DNA from: an uncultured Calditrichaceae bacterium
GTDB lineage: Bacteria > Calditrichota > Calditrichia > Calditrichales > Calditrichaceae
NCBI GenBank assembly: GCA_964424545.1
Contig: CAYRJN010000001.1
Coordinates: forward strand, 1 to 59,421
DNA length: 59,421 nt
Direction: 5' to 3'
The position numbers and the translations under genes are program-made. The notes beneath the pieces were generated by a model. That model had not been told where the DNA came from. It was given only the letters and a program-made list of their open reading frames with translations, and ran no database searches. Shown one piece after another: positions 36,766 to 46,652 of this stretch; the first letter of the stretch is position 1, and every line of letters begins with the position of its first letter.

Positions 36766-37000
36766 TTGATTTACCTCGTGTGTCTTATATTTTTTGATAT
36801 TGCATTTTTATTTGTAAAGGGAATATATAAATATGTTACATATTATATATTGATAATCGTCAATATTTACAAAAAAATGAGGATTCATCCCTAAAAAAAG
36901 TATATTTTTGGCGTATTTTATAATCAAAATACGAGATTTAGGATTTAGTTGCAAGAATTTGCCGATAAATATTTTGTATTATATCTTAATTTACAATAAG

Positions 37001-37726
37001 TTAGGAATTGTTCAACAACTCGATGAAAAACGCCTCGAAATTCTTAATTTCCTTTTTATTCATTTCGTTAATATCTGCTTTGTTAAAGCTCTTTATTAAA
37101 ACGCCTTTGTTCATAATCACAATAGGTTCGCACCAGTCCCTGATCAGCGGTAAAATATGCGATGATAAAATGATCGTCTTGCCTTCTTTTATTAATTTTT
37201 CAAGATAGTTTTTTAATCGATATAGAGCTACAGGGTCCAATCCGTTGAGTGATTCATCGATGATAATAAATTGCGGACTTCCTAATAAAGCGGCCGCAAC
37301 GGCGAGTTTTTGACGCATACCGTGAGAATAGTTGCTAATCAACTCATCTTTTTTATCGCTTAAACCGGTTAGTTCAATAAAAAATGCAACGTCTTTATGC
37401 GTTGTCTCAATATTATCGTTACGAATAGAAGAAATCAATAATAAAAATTCTTTGCCGCTTAAATACGGAAAAAGAGCAGCGTCTTCCGGAGCGTATCCGC
37501 AATGTTGTTTTACCCATTGTCTGTTTTGAGTCAGCTCCATATCGTTGTATTTTATAACACCTTGATAATCCGAAATTAGGCCGACACAAGCTTTTAACAA
37601 CGAGCTCTTTCCCGCTCCGTTAGGTCCTATCAAACCGCTTATTTTTCCTTTTGGAAATTTGAAACTGAAATTATTAACGGCGGGGAGATTATCAAAATTA
37701 ATGCTAAGGTTTTCAACGGTAAGCAT
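37001..37726 (-). CDS. ABC transporter ATP-binding protein (ABC-2/DrrA-like subtype)
   Basis: Walker A GPNGAGKSS, signature variant YSHGMRQKL, Walker B FIIIDESLNGLD, H-loop SSHIL. Confidence 0.88.
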   Translation of the reverse strand: MLTVENLSINFDNLPAVNNFSFKFPKGKISGLIGPNGAGKSSLLKACVGLISDYQGVIKYNDMELTQNRQWVKQHCGYAPEDAALFPYLSGKEFLLLISSIRNDNIETTHKDVAFFIELTGLSDKKDELISNYSHGMRQKLAVAAALLGSPQFIIIDESLNGLDPVALYRLKNYLEKLIKEGKTIILSSHILPLIRDWCEPIVIMNKGVLIKSFNKADINEMNKKEIKNFEAFFIELLNNS

Positions 37727-37729
37727 ATT

Positions 37730-39064
37730 TTAATCCTTTAAAAAACGATAGCTTTTGTAAAAGTAATTTAGTAATAGAATAAAACCGATAAGCGGGCCCA
37801 CCAGACGGTAATTAATTGACATAATGACGATAAAAAGTAAAGTGAAATGATAAGCGTATCCCGCTGCTCGCGGAGAATCATAGTAGAGTATTTGAAAATT
37901 CAATTTTACGGCAATAGTGAGAACCGCAAAGCCGAATAACAGAGCGCCAAAAGAAAATACGATTTGTGGAGATGCTTGCGCTATAAGCAAAAACAAGCTT
38001 TGAATAAGAGCCACAAAAATGATATAGATAAATTCCGCTAAAAACTTGGCTGTCCATACTATACTGTATTTAAGGGGTAGTGTGTGAAAATACCAAGCGG
38101 GATCAGTGGAAACATATTTATCGCTAAAGTGATTACCGTAATGAAGCCAGGCGGTAATTAAAGAAGCCGCTAATATCCAATTTTCAGGATTGTGCAACGA
38201 TCTTAAAATAACGACAGTTAGAAAAAGGATGTAAATTGTCGTCGCGAATAGTTTGACTCTTTTATATCCCGGATTTCTCCATAAACTTAATAGCTCTTTA
38301 TTAAACAAAATCCGCAGGCTATTGTTGAAGATTCTTGAAAATAAGCTAATTCGATTTTTTATTTTTGTATTCCCGACGGGTCTGTTCTGATTAAAAGGGA
38401 GAATTATATCAATGTACAGGCAGCTGTTTTTTTTAAATTTAAAATAGGTGAGAAACAACAACCCGCTGAAAAAAATAAAATTTACGGGTAGTGTTGATTT
38501 GAATATAAATAGATTAACAATAACAAAAAGAATATAAATAAATAGATAAATTATCGTTCTTTTGTAGATTAAAGATTTCTCGCTGCTAACATTCAAATCG
38601 AATAAACCTGTAAAAAAAATAGTAACGGCCGCGAAAATGATAATAAAAAGCGTATATATTCCCGACAGTGCATCAAGGAGGATTAATGCGCTTAAAAGGG
38701 GTGAAAAAAAAAGGGGAATGATTAAAAGATATTTAAAAAAATAATAAGCGCCGACCGTTATTACATCTTTGTTTTCGAGAGGTAGAGAGTAAAAGGGCAA
38801 CAGCGTTTTTTGACGTGGAATTAGTCGTCTAAATATAAAAGGGGCGGCCATTAGGAACAGTATAATATGGATGGAAGAAACGACAGAGCGTGTCTGAATA
38901 AGATGCAATAATTCAAAATTCTTCCATTGCAGTATTAAATAATATAATCGCTCTGTTAGATAAGCGTAAAGGGTGATTCCGATAAAAGAAATCTCAAGTT
39001 TGCTTACGATTGAGAGCGACTGTATAATATGAAGCGGTTGCCGCAGTAGTAATTTTGTCAGCAT
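37730..39064 (-). CDS. polytopic membrane protein, putative orphan permease partner of the ABC ATPase
   Basis: 444 aa, very hydrophobic with many predicted TM segments. Its stop is 3 nt upstream of the ATPase start. No recognisable family motif. Confidence 0.55.
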   Translation of the reverse strand: MLTKLLLRQPLHIIQSLSIVSKLEISFIGITLYAYLTERLYYLILQWKNFELLHLIQTRSVVSSIHIILFLMAAPFIFRRLIPRQKTLLPFYSLPLENKDVITVGAYYFFKYLLIIPLFFSPLLSALILLDALSGIYTLFIIIFAAVTIFFTGLFDLNVSSEKSLIYKRTIIYLFIYILFVIVNLFIFKSTLPVNFIFFSGLLFLTYFKFKKNSCLYIDIILPFNQNRPVGNTKIKNRISLFSRIFNNSLRILFNKELLSLWRNPGYKRVKLFATTIYILFLTVVILRSLHNPENWILAASLITAWLHYGNHFSDKYVSTDPAWYFHTLPLKYSIVWTAKFLAEFIYIIFVALIQSLFLLIAQASPQIVFSFGALLFGFAVLTIAVKLNFQILYYDSPRAAGYAYHFTLLFIVIMSINYRLVGPLIGFILLLNYFYKSYRFLKD

Positions 39065-39177
39065 ACAAAGTCTTTATTTATAGTAATCTTACTGTAAAAA
39101 ACAGTAACAATGTAATGGCAACAAAGATATGGTCTGACTTGCTATAATTCAAGTTTTTCATTTAATTATGATTCCCT

Positions 39178-39969
39178 CTACCGGCGCGCGCCCATTAATT
39201 TCTTCATTGTAAAACGAAGAACCGCTTTCGGAGAAAATCGCGGAGCGAAGGTAAGTATTTTATTTGTTAAACCCGGAACAGCTACGGTTTTCCCTTTCAT
39301 CAACGCGTTATAAGCATAACGGGCAACTTCCGTGGAAGACATCATGCGCATCAGCGGATTGTTTAATAATTTCGAAGCGCTCATGTGGGCGCGTTCCATA
39401 AACTGCGAGCGTGTGGGTCCCGGACACAAGGCCGTAACGGAAATATGATTCTGCGCAAGTTCCGCGCTTAAAGACTCGCTAAAAGAGAGCACATAGGCTT
39501 TCCCTGCATAATAAACAGCCATTTGCGGGCCGGGGAAAAAAGCTGCTGTGGAGGCGACATTCATGATCTTTCCGCTTCCTTTTTTAATCATCGCAGGGAT
39601 AAACAATTTGCATAATTCGGTTAAGGCTGTGATGTTTAAGTTTATCATTGATCTTTCGATGTCAAAATCCGTTTCCGAAAAGCGGCCGTATAAGCCGAAA
39701 CCGGCATTGTTAATTAAAATATCAACAAAAATATCTCTCTTATAGGTGAAATTAAAAATCTTTTGCGGGCTTTGCGCTATACTTAAATCGGCGGTAATAA
39801 TTTCAATATTGATCTTATATTCGGCGCTTAATGAATTTTGTATCTTTTTTAATTTATCTTCATTCCTTGCCGTTAACAGTAAGTTATGTCCTTTTTCGGC
39901 GAAAATCTCGGCCAATTCATAACCGATCCCTTCGCTGGCGCCGGTTATCAGTGTATAATTTGTTTTCAT
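39178..39969 (-). CDS. short-chain dehydrogenase/reductase (SDR)
   Basis: LITGASEGIGYELA (TGxxxGxG), NNAG, YYAGKAY (YxxxK). The second ATG (39969) is preceded by ggggga; the track start is 39984. Confidence 0.85.
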   Translation of the reverse strand: MKTNYTLITGASEGIGYELAEIFAEKGHNLLLTARNEDKLKKIQNSLSAEYKINIEIITADLSIAQSPQKIFNFTYKRDIFVDILINNAGFGLYGRFSETDFDIERSMINLNITALTELCKLFIPAMIKKGSGKIMNVASTAAFFPGPQMAVYYAGKAYVLSFSESLSAELAQNHISVTALCPGPTRSQFMERAHMSASKLLNNPLMRMMSSTEVARYAYNALMKGKTVAVPGLTNKILTFAPRFSPKAVLRFTMKKLMGARR

Positions 39970-40221
39970 TTTATATTCCCCCATGGAAAATAGACGGTTT
40001 CGTTTATTGTAAATATATTTACGATTATTATTAAATCAAAACAAATTTTAACGGATCAAGGGGACTATGTGGCGGAGGATATTAAGAATATTTCATTGAA
40101 AAGAACATAGAAATTGATGATCTAAATTATTATTTCGATTCCGGATGGTCGGAAGGGAGAGAAATCTTAAAGGCGAAAACGGCCTAAAATCATCTGCTTT
40201 TGGGGAACAGAGGACTTTTAA

Positions 40222-40273
40222 GATTCCTCCATTTCCTTACGATAAGAAACATCGGAACTACAGTGGAAATGAC
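40222..40273 (-). repeat. GTCATTTCC...GGAGGAATC palindromic module (long-loop variant)
   Basis: Reverse complement is gtcatttccactgtagttccgatgtttcttatcgtaaggaaatggaggaatc, with the outer inverted repeat catttcc/ggaaatg. Confidence 0.6.
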
Positions 40274-40561
40274 AATCATGCTAAGCATCTCGATGTTTTG
40301 TATGTCAGTCACATGTCTATTCGTAAGAAAAGTTAAAAATTTACTAAAAAAGCATTAATACTATCTGTAGACTTAGTTATCCACTCAAAATGCGAAAGAA
40401 CCATATTGATAAAATACCAATTACTTATTTTTCTACTTCATATTCTCCTTCATCCAATTTAAGGATTCCATAGTTTCTTTTTCCAAAAAGGCCAAAACGG
40501 GAAATAATAATATTGCTTTCTTTCTCTCTCTTTTGCAAATTGGAATAGACGCTTCTTTTGT

Positions 40562-43500
40562 TTGGTTTATTGGTTTAATAGTTGTCGATTTATTAACTTC
40601 GAGAGCAAAGTGAAATTAATACAATATGTTTATCCTGATAGAAGGATTCTATACTGCGGCGATACCATTACCTTTGAGCTACGCATAAATGCGGAGATTA
40701 AGGGAACGGCCTACCTGCGCAGCAATATAAATAAATCACTTGAATATTATAGAGAAATTACGGACTCTTTGGAAAATAGAAAAGAGCAGAGCGGCAACGA
40801 TTGGTATGATATCCCCATGAAATTTTCCGGCGATAAACGCTACTCCCTTACTATTGCTCTAACGGAACCGGGCGTATTTTCCGCAAAAATATGGTTTTTA
40901 AAAGAGGGCGAACATAACCCTCTTTGGGCTGAAGGAGATAATATTACATTTAAAGTGGAAGCGGCGCGCAATGTAGGCGCCAATATGCTTTATTCTCTGT
41001 TTGTACGCCAATTCGGGCCGAATATGAATAAAATGCAATCCGACGACAAACACGAACAGACTATTCGGCGGCTCGATGAAGAGGGTTACACGGTTATTCC
41101 CCCTTCGGGAACTTTTCGTTCCGTTATCCAACATCTCGATTTTATAATCGGCGTTCTTAACAGTCGTATTATTCAATTGCTGCCTATTCATCCCACGCCT
41201 ACGGTTTACGGACGCATGGGGCGATTCGGCAGCGCCTTTGCCTCGCTTGATTATTTTTCCGTTGATGCGGCACTGGCGGAATTCGACAAAAAAACAACGC
41301 CTCTCGGTCAGTTTATAGAACTCGTGGATGCCGTCCATGCCCGCGGTGCAAGGATATTCATGGATATTCCCGTAAATCATACCGGCTGGGCATCCTGTCT
41401 GCATTCACAGCATCCCGATTGGTTTGTAAAAGATAAAGATGATGGATTTGTCAGTCCCGGCGCATGGGGCATCGTGTGGTCGGATCTATCGCAGCTCGAC
41501 TATTCAAATCCCGAAGTATACCGATATATGGCTGAAGTTTTTCTCTATTGGCTGCGTCTCGGCGTAGACGGTTTCCGCTGCGATGCGGGTTATAAGCTGC
41601 CGTTTGAAGCGTGGGAGTATATCAACGCCAAAATCCGTATGGAATACCCCGAAGCCGTTCTGCTGTTGGAAGGGCTGGGCGGGTTATTGGAAAAGCAGGA
41701 AGAACTGCTTAAATCCAAAGGATTAAATTGGGCTTATTCCGAACTTTTTCAAAATTACGATCGCGTGCAAATTGAAAATTATTTTAATTATTGCAACCGT
41801 ATAAATAACGAAGCCGGTTTGATGATTCATTATGCGGAGACGCACGATAATAATCGTTTGGCATCCGTAACGCCTTCATACGCTAAAATGCGTATTACAT
41901 TAAGCGCCATGCTCTCTTACAATGGTTCTTTCGGTATTACAAACGGCGTGGAATGGCTGGCGCGGGAAAAGGTGGATGTACACGGGGCTTCTGCGCTTAA
42001 TTGGGGCGCCGCAACCAATTTGGTTGATTATATTCGCCGTTTGCAAACGCTGTTGGTCTCAAATCCGCTTTTTTATCATCAAGCTAAAATCCGTTTTGTT
42101 AATAAAGGGCAAGATAATACGCTTGTGTTCTTAAGAGAAATTGCAGGGGTAAAACTGCTTGTCGCGATCAATTTAAACGGTGATAGTGAAGCCGAGGCGC
42201 TGTGGGACGAAAAAGATTTTTCTGCAGAAAATTTAAAGGCTTATGACCTCCTTTCGGGCGTATCATTGGTTTTTAATAAGAGGGAGCATTTGCTTTTTAC
42301 CAAATTATCGGCGTATCAGGCGTTGTGTTTAACTAGCGATGAAACGGCGCTCAAGGATTTGGAAAGGCGGATTGTATCAAAAAAATATATTCATACCGAC
42401 GAACCGTGGCAGCGACAATATTTAAAGGCTCAAATTTTAAAGATTTATCGGGAATATAACAATTATATTTTGCCGCAAGATTTTGATATCGAATCCTTTA
42501 TTGATACGCTTTCTAAAAATCCACGTCTGTTTTGGCAAAAAATTTCAAATAAAATGATTCCCCCCTTAACGCGCTGGCGTCCTTATCGGGATAACAAACG
42601 CATCGTTCCTTTACCGCAAAATGATTTACTGTTAATAGAAAGTTCCTTGCCATTTAAGGCGGAAATAAAAAAAGGCGATACGACTAAGGAAAGTGTAAAC
42701 GGATTTGCGCTTAACGGAAAGTATTACGGTATTTTCAGCCGTATCGATGATAAGTTGACTCAAGCGCAATCATACCGCATAAATATTGTCGTTTTTGAAA
42801 AAGAACGCGCTAACCGTATGAGCGGCGAGCTTTTGTTGTTGCCCGCCGATTCGCAGAGCCAATTTAAAAACAGCTTTACAAGGCGGCAAATTACGGAAAA
42901 CAATGTGTATACGATTGCATCCAACGATTTGGGAGGAATGAGTCAAATACGCGCTTCATGGGGATATCTGCATAGTAAATACGACGCTATACTGGCAGCT
43001 AATTGTCATGACGCTTATCCGGTCGACCGTCGTGTGATGTTTACGCGCTGCCGTGCCTGGCTGGTGCATAACGATTATTCTCAGGAGATAAATATCTCTT
43101 TTTTAGAAAGTTTTACTGCCGAAACCGATAATACGGCGCAGTGGCAATTTAACCTATCTGTCGGGCAGGGTAAAACGGTAAATTTAAATATCCGTTTTGA
43201 GATGTCGCCGCATGATAACGCGGTGCGTTTTATATTTGAACGTCCCGCGGCGCCAAGCAATCGTCAAAACCCTTTGGAGGATGATATCCCCGTTAAATTG
43301 ATTTTACGGCCGGATATTGAAGACCGCATTAATCATGAAACAACCAAAGCGTATTTGGGGGCGGAAAATCATTTTCCACAAGCGGTAGAGGCCGGAGACG
43401 GGCGCTTTGTTTTTATGCCTGATAAAAACAGGCGATTAAAAATTTGCGTTGAAAACAGCCGCTTTGTTATGCAGCCGGAATGGCGATATATGGTTTTTTA

Positions 43501-44875
43501 TAAAGAAGAAAATGAACGCGGTTTGGAAGATCACGGCGATCTATTTAGTCCAGGATATTTTGAATTTTATTTGCAGGGTGGGGAGAAAAATATATTGACC
43601 GCTTTGGTTTATAACCCTACGCTTGATATGCCCAAAGAAAATAGGTTTCCCCTGCCACAGGAAGGGATAGAGAGCGCAAACACAATCGAAAAGAGTATGC
43701 GAGAGGCTATGCGGCGTTTTATCGTTAAGCGCGATCGTTTTAAAACCGTGATTGCCGGTTATCCTTGGTTTTTGGATTGGGGCCGTGATACTTTAATTGC
43801 TTTGCGCGGTATGATCAGTGCCGGTTTTTTAACCGAGAGCCGCGATATTATTTTACAATTTGCTTCTTTTGAGGAGAACGGAACCATTCCTAATGTCATC
43901 CGCGGCGGCGATGTTTCCAATCGGGAAACGAGCGACGCGCCGCTATGGCTCTTTATCGCGGTGGAAGATTATATTGCCGCCAAGGGCGATGACAAAATAT
44001 TACGGGAAAAATGCGGAGAACGCAATCTTATGCAGGTTCTTGATTCGATTTTGTCTCATTATAGAGACGGAACGTCCAATGGTATAAAAACGGATGAGGA
44101 GAGCGGACTGGTGTTTAGTCCCGCGCATTATACCTGGATGGATACGAACTATCCTGCCGGCACGCCGCGCGAAGGTTACCCGATTGAAATTCAGGTTTTT
44201 TGGGCTTCGGCGCTGCGCTTTATGAGCCGTTATGCATCTCAATGGAAAGTCCTCTTTGAAAAAGTTACGACGTCCATAGAAAAATATTTTTGGTTGGAGG
44301 ATAAAAACTGTCTTGCGGATTGTCTGCATGCCGGCCCCGGTCAAAAAGCAAGCGATTCCGTTGCGGGAGACGCCATCCGTCCCAATCAGCTTTTTGCCGT
44401 TACATTGGATATTTTGATCGAGAAGGATAAAAAAATTGCCGTAATAAATGCCTGCGAACAGCTGTTGATTCCCGGGGCTATCCGCACCCTTGCCGATGAA
44501 GAAGTTAAAATGCTACTTCCGATTTATCGCGACGGTATGTTGCTTAACGATCCCAAACGGCCCTATTGGGGGCGCTATGAAGGAGATGAAGATACGCGCC
44601 GTAAAGCAGCCTATCACAACGGTACCGCCTGGACTTGGCCGTTCCCTTCCTATTGCGAAGCGCTTTATAAAGTATGCGGCGTGTCTGCACGGGAGCGCGC
44701 GCTTTCCTTGTTGTTATCCGCAAAGACTATTGTGGAAAAAGGGTGTATAGGACAAATTCCGGAGATTTTGGACGGCGATAGTCCGCATCAATTGCGCGGT
44801 TGCGGGGCACAGGCTTGGGGTGTAACGGAATTTTATCGGGTTTATCATATTTTGAGCGGAAAGGATGAATCATGA
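40562..44875 (+). CDS. bifunctional-type glycogen debranching enzyme: GH13 alpha-amylase-family domain fused to amylo-alpha-1,6-glucosidase (GDE_C/GH133-like) domain
   Basis: GH13 regions I-IV: MDIPVNHTG, GVDGFRCDAGYKLP, AVLLLEGLGG, HYAETHDN. C-terminal GYPWFLDWGRDTLIAL, YTWMDTNYPAGTPREGYPIEIQVFW, AYHNGTAWTWPF. The start is uncertain (TTG 40562 or GTG 40610). Confidence 0.8.
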   Translation: MVYWFNSCRFINFESKVKLIQYVYPDRRILYCGDTITFELRINAEIKGTAYLRSNINKSLEYYREITDSLENRKEQSGNDWYDIPMKFSGDKRYSLTIALTEPGVFSAKIWFLKEGEHNPLWAEGDNITFKVEAARNVGANMLYSLFVRQFGPNMNKMQSDDKHEQTIRRLDEEGYTVIPPSGTFRSVIQHLDFIIGVLNSRIIQLLPIHPTPTVYGRMGRFGSAFASLDYFSVDAALAEFDKKTTPLGQFIELVDAVHARGARIFMDIPVNHTGWASCLHSQHPDWFVKDKDDGFVSPGAWGIVWSDLSQLDYSNPEVYRYMAEVFLYWLRLGVDGFRCDAGYKLPFEAWEYINAKIRMEYPEAVLLLEGLGGLLEKQEELLKSKGLNWAYSELFQNYDRVQIENYFNYCNRINNEAGLMIHYAETHDNNRLASVTPSYAKMRITLSAMLSYNGSFGITNGVEWLAREKVDVHGASALNWGAATNLVDYIRRLQTLLVSNPLFYHQAKIRFVNKGQDNTLVFLREIAGVKLLVAINLNGDSEAEALWDEKDFSAENLKAYDLLSGVSLVFNKREHLLFTKLSAYQALCLTSDETALKDLERRIVSKKYIHTDEPWQRQYLKAQILKIYREYNNYILPQDFDIESFIDTLSKNPRLFWQKISNKMIPPLTRWRPYRDNKRIVPLPQNDLLLIESSLPFKAEIKKGDTTKESVNGFALNGKYYGIFSRIDDKLTQAQSYRINIVVFEKERANRMSGELLLLPADSQSQFKNSFTRRQITENNVYTIASNDLGGMSQIRASWGYLHSKYDAILAANCHDAYPVDRRVMFTRCRAWLVHNDYSQEINISFLESFTAETDNTAQWQFNLSVGQGKTVNLNIRFEMSPHDNAVRFIFERPAAPSNRQNPLEDDIPVKLILRPDIEDRINHETTKAYLGAENHFPQAVEAGDGRFVFMPDKNRRLKICVENSRFVMQPEWRYMVFYKEENERGLEDHGDLFSPGYFEFYLQGGEKNILTALVYNPTLDMPKENRFPLPQEGIESANTIEKSMREAMRRFIVKRDRFKTVIAGYPWFLDWGRDTLIALRGMISAGFLTESRDIILQFASFEENGTIPNVIRGGDVSNRETSDAPLWLFIAVEDYIAAKGDDKILREKCGERNLMQVLDSILSHYRDGTSNGIKTDEESGLVFSPAHYTWMDTNYPAGTPREGYPIEIQVFWASALRFMSRYASQWKVLFEKVTTSIEKYFWLEDKNCLADCLHAGPGQKASDSVAGDAIRPNQLFAVTLDILIEKDKKIAVINACEQLLIPGAIRTLADEEVKMLLPIYRDGMLLNDPKRPYWGRYEGDEDTRRKAAYHNGTAWTWPFPSYCEALYKVCGVSARERALSLLLSAKTIVEKGCIGQIPEILDGDSPHQLRGCGAQAWGVTEFYRVYHILSGKDES

Positions 44876-44878
44876 ACA

Positions 44879-45586
44879 ATGAAAAAACAAGTTGCCGTTA
44901 TTACAGGCGGCACAAGCGGCATCGGTTTGAGTACGGCCGAAAAATTATTAAATCATGGATATGATGTGACATTAAATGGGCGAAATGAAGAAAAATTACT
45001 GAAAATTTGTCGCAATTTAGGCTGTAAACCCATTGTCGGCGATATTAGTAAAAAAGGCGTTCCGGAAAGAATTCTTGAAGAAAGTTTGTCTCATTTCGGC
45101 CGCTGCGATATATTGATTAATAATGCCGGTATTATGACAGCAGGCGCCATAGAAGAAATTGATTTAGACGAAGTAAGCGATATGATTCGTATAAATATTG
45201 ATGCAACATTTAGGCTTACTTATCTGTTTTTGAGGTATTTCAAAAAACAGAATGCGGGACATGTGGTTAATATCACCAGTATTCTCGGGACAAAAGTGCG
45301 TGAAACGGCCGGCGCGTATGCCGGAACGAAATTTGCCGTTGAGGCATTGTCGGAAGCGCTGCGCATGGAATTGGCAAAAACAAATATAAAGATTACGTGC
45401 GTTGAACCCGGTCTGGTTAAAACCGAGCTGCATCGTCATTGGGATGTACATCCGATGCACTCTCTTGGTATTCACGATCCCTTGACGGCAGACGATATAG
45501 CCGAAACAATCTTATGGACGCTACAACAAAATGCCCACGTGCGTATTCCGAAAGTGCTTGTATTGCCAAAAGGACATGCAATTTAG
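44879..45586 (+). CDS. short-chain dehydrogenase/reductase (SDR), 3 nt downstream of the debranching enzyme gene
   Basis: VITGGTSGIGLSTA, NNAG, YAGTKFA. Confidence 0.85.
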   Translation: MKKQVAVITGGTSGIGLSTAEKLLNHGYDVTLNGRNEEKLLKICRNLGCKPIVGDISKKGVPERILEESLSHFGRCDILINNAGIMTAGAIEEIDLDEVSDMIRINIDATFRLTYLFLRYFKKQNAGHVVNITSILGTKVRETAGAYAGTKFAVEALSEALRMELAKTNIKITCVEPGLVKTELHRHWDVHPMHSLGIHDPLTADDIAETILWTLQQNAHVRIPKVLVLPKGHAI

Positions 45587-45687
45587 CGACTAAAGGAAAA
45601 GTTAGGTTTTACTCTTGCAAACGATGAAATTAAGAACATAGCTTTGCAAAGTGATTAATAAAAAAGTGCGGGTAGAATCGTCAAAGT

Positions 45688-45720
45688 GTCATTCTCCGAT
45701 GAATCGGATAATCTGAATTC
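45688..45720 (+). repeat. GTCATTCTCCGAT...AATCTGAATTC module
   Basis: Sequence is gtcattctccgatgaatcggataatctgaattc, with inner hairpin tccgat-gaa-tcgga. Matches the reverse complement of 7266-7298 at 30 of 33 positions. Confidence 0.8.
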
Positions 45721-45896
45721 TGAATGAGAGGATAAAATTCGCGTTTAAAACATGCGGGAATAACAATGGGGGGGCGCACCTGTTGGAATAATTGTATGAT
45801 ATATTATTTTTTCAATGCTGATTTAATCGGACAATCTGAAATAGAGCTGATACAAAAAAGATGAAGTTTAAAATGATATTAAAAATGACCGAAATA

Positions 45897-45913
45897 TGTT
45901 ATTTTTTGAAATT
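45897..45913 (+). repeat. conserved motif TGTTRTTTTTTGAAATT
   Basis: Sequence is tgttattttttgaaatt, the fourth copy of the motif seen at 5755-5773, 7413-7430 and 54898-54914. Confidence 0.6.
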
Positions 45914-46131
45914 CTTATACGATTAATTTGCAACGTCATATTCTTGATTCAGCATTTTCCAGAGCACTATTTTACCGTTTTAACCTCTTATATTTGTTAA
46001 TAGATGCAGTATAATGTTAGTTTTTTCTTTTATATTGATAATTTATTTGGAAAAACAGAAATTTTTTATGATCTTTGGCGTTCTAAGCAGTAAGGATAAA
46101 ATCATTCAACAATGAAGAGAGGGAATATAAA

Positions 46132-46419
46132 ATGGCAAAAAAAACGTCAAGTGCAAATAAAGGGAAAAAAAGGGTAACGTTTACCCTTGAAGCGGATTCC
46201 GGGAAAAAGATTTCCATAGCCGGCAGCTTTAATAATTGGGAAGAAGGCAAGAAGGTTTTGAAAGAAAAAGACGGCGTTTATAAGGTTACGATGTTGCTTG
46301 CGCCGGGTACCTATGAATATAAATTTTGTGTCGACGGCGAATGGATGGTTGATCCCAATAACCCCGATTTTGAAGCGAATGATCTCGGCACTTTGAACAG
46401 CGTGCTTCATGTAAAATAA
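46132..46419 (+). CDS. stand-alone CBM48 / AMPK-beta-type glycogen-binding module
   Basis: VTFTL...ISIAGSFNNWEEGK...GTYEYKFCVDGEWMVDPNNP...GTLNSVLHVK closely mirrors the AMPK beta glycogen-binding domain (GSFNNW, YKF.VDG.W..DP). Confidence 0.85.
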   Translation: MAKKTSSANKGKKRVTFTLEADSGKKISIAGSFNNWEEGKKVLKEKDGVYKVTMLLAPGTYEYKFCVDGEWMVDPNNPDFEANDLGTLNSVLHVK

Positions 46420-46474
46420 AACGGTTTGCGGCAACGCTTCGTCCTTTTATAAGGAAAATTTTTTGTGAATTATT

Positions 46475-46525
46475 AAAATGGATTTTCTTATGTCTTCGGC
46501 AAAAAGAAAATCCATTTTATTTTTA
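46475..46525 (+). terminator. long perfect hairpin / terminator after the CBM48 gene
   Basis: 14-bp perfect stem aaaatggattttct-16 nt-agaaaatccatttt followed by attttt. Confidence 0.7.
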
Positions 46526-46652
46526 ATTAATCTTTTGTAATTTGTTTTTATTTAGTATTTTACCATGCAGAAATAAGAGTGTGAATTTGACTTTGTAACA
46601 TACGGTGAATTCAAAATCAGTTAATACGTTTATGATTTACGGAGATATATAT

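Noticed and set aside
36766-37000. Candidate promoter for the giant gene in the AT-rich 235-bp spacer (TTGACG on the minus strand near 36860).
   Set aside because: No -10 element at acceptable spacing could be identified by eye, and the promoter consensus of this lineage is unknown.
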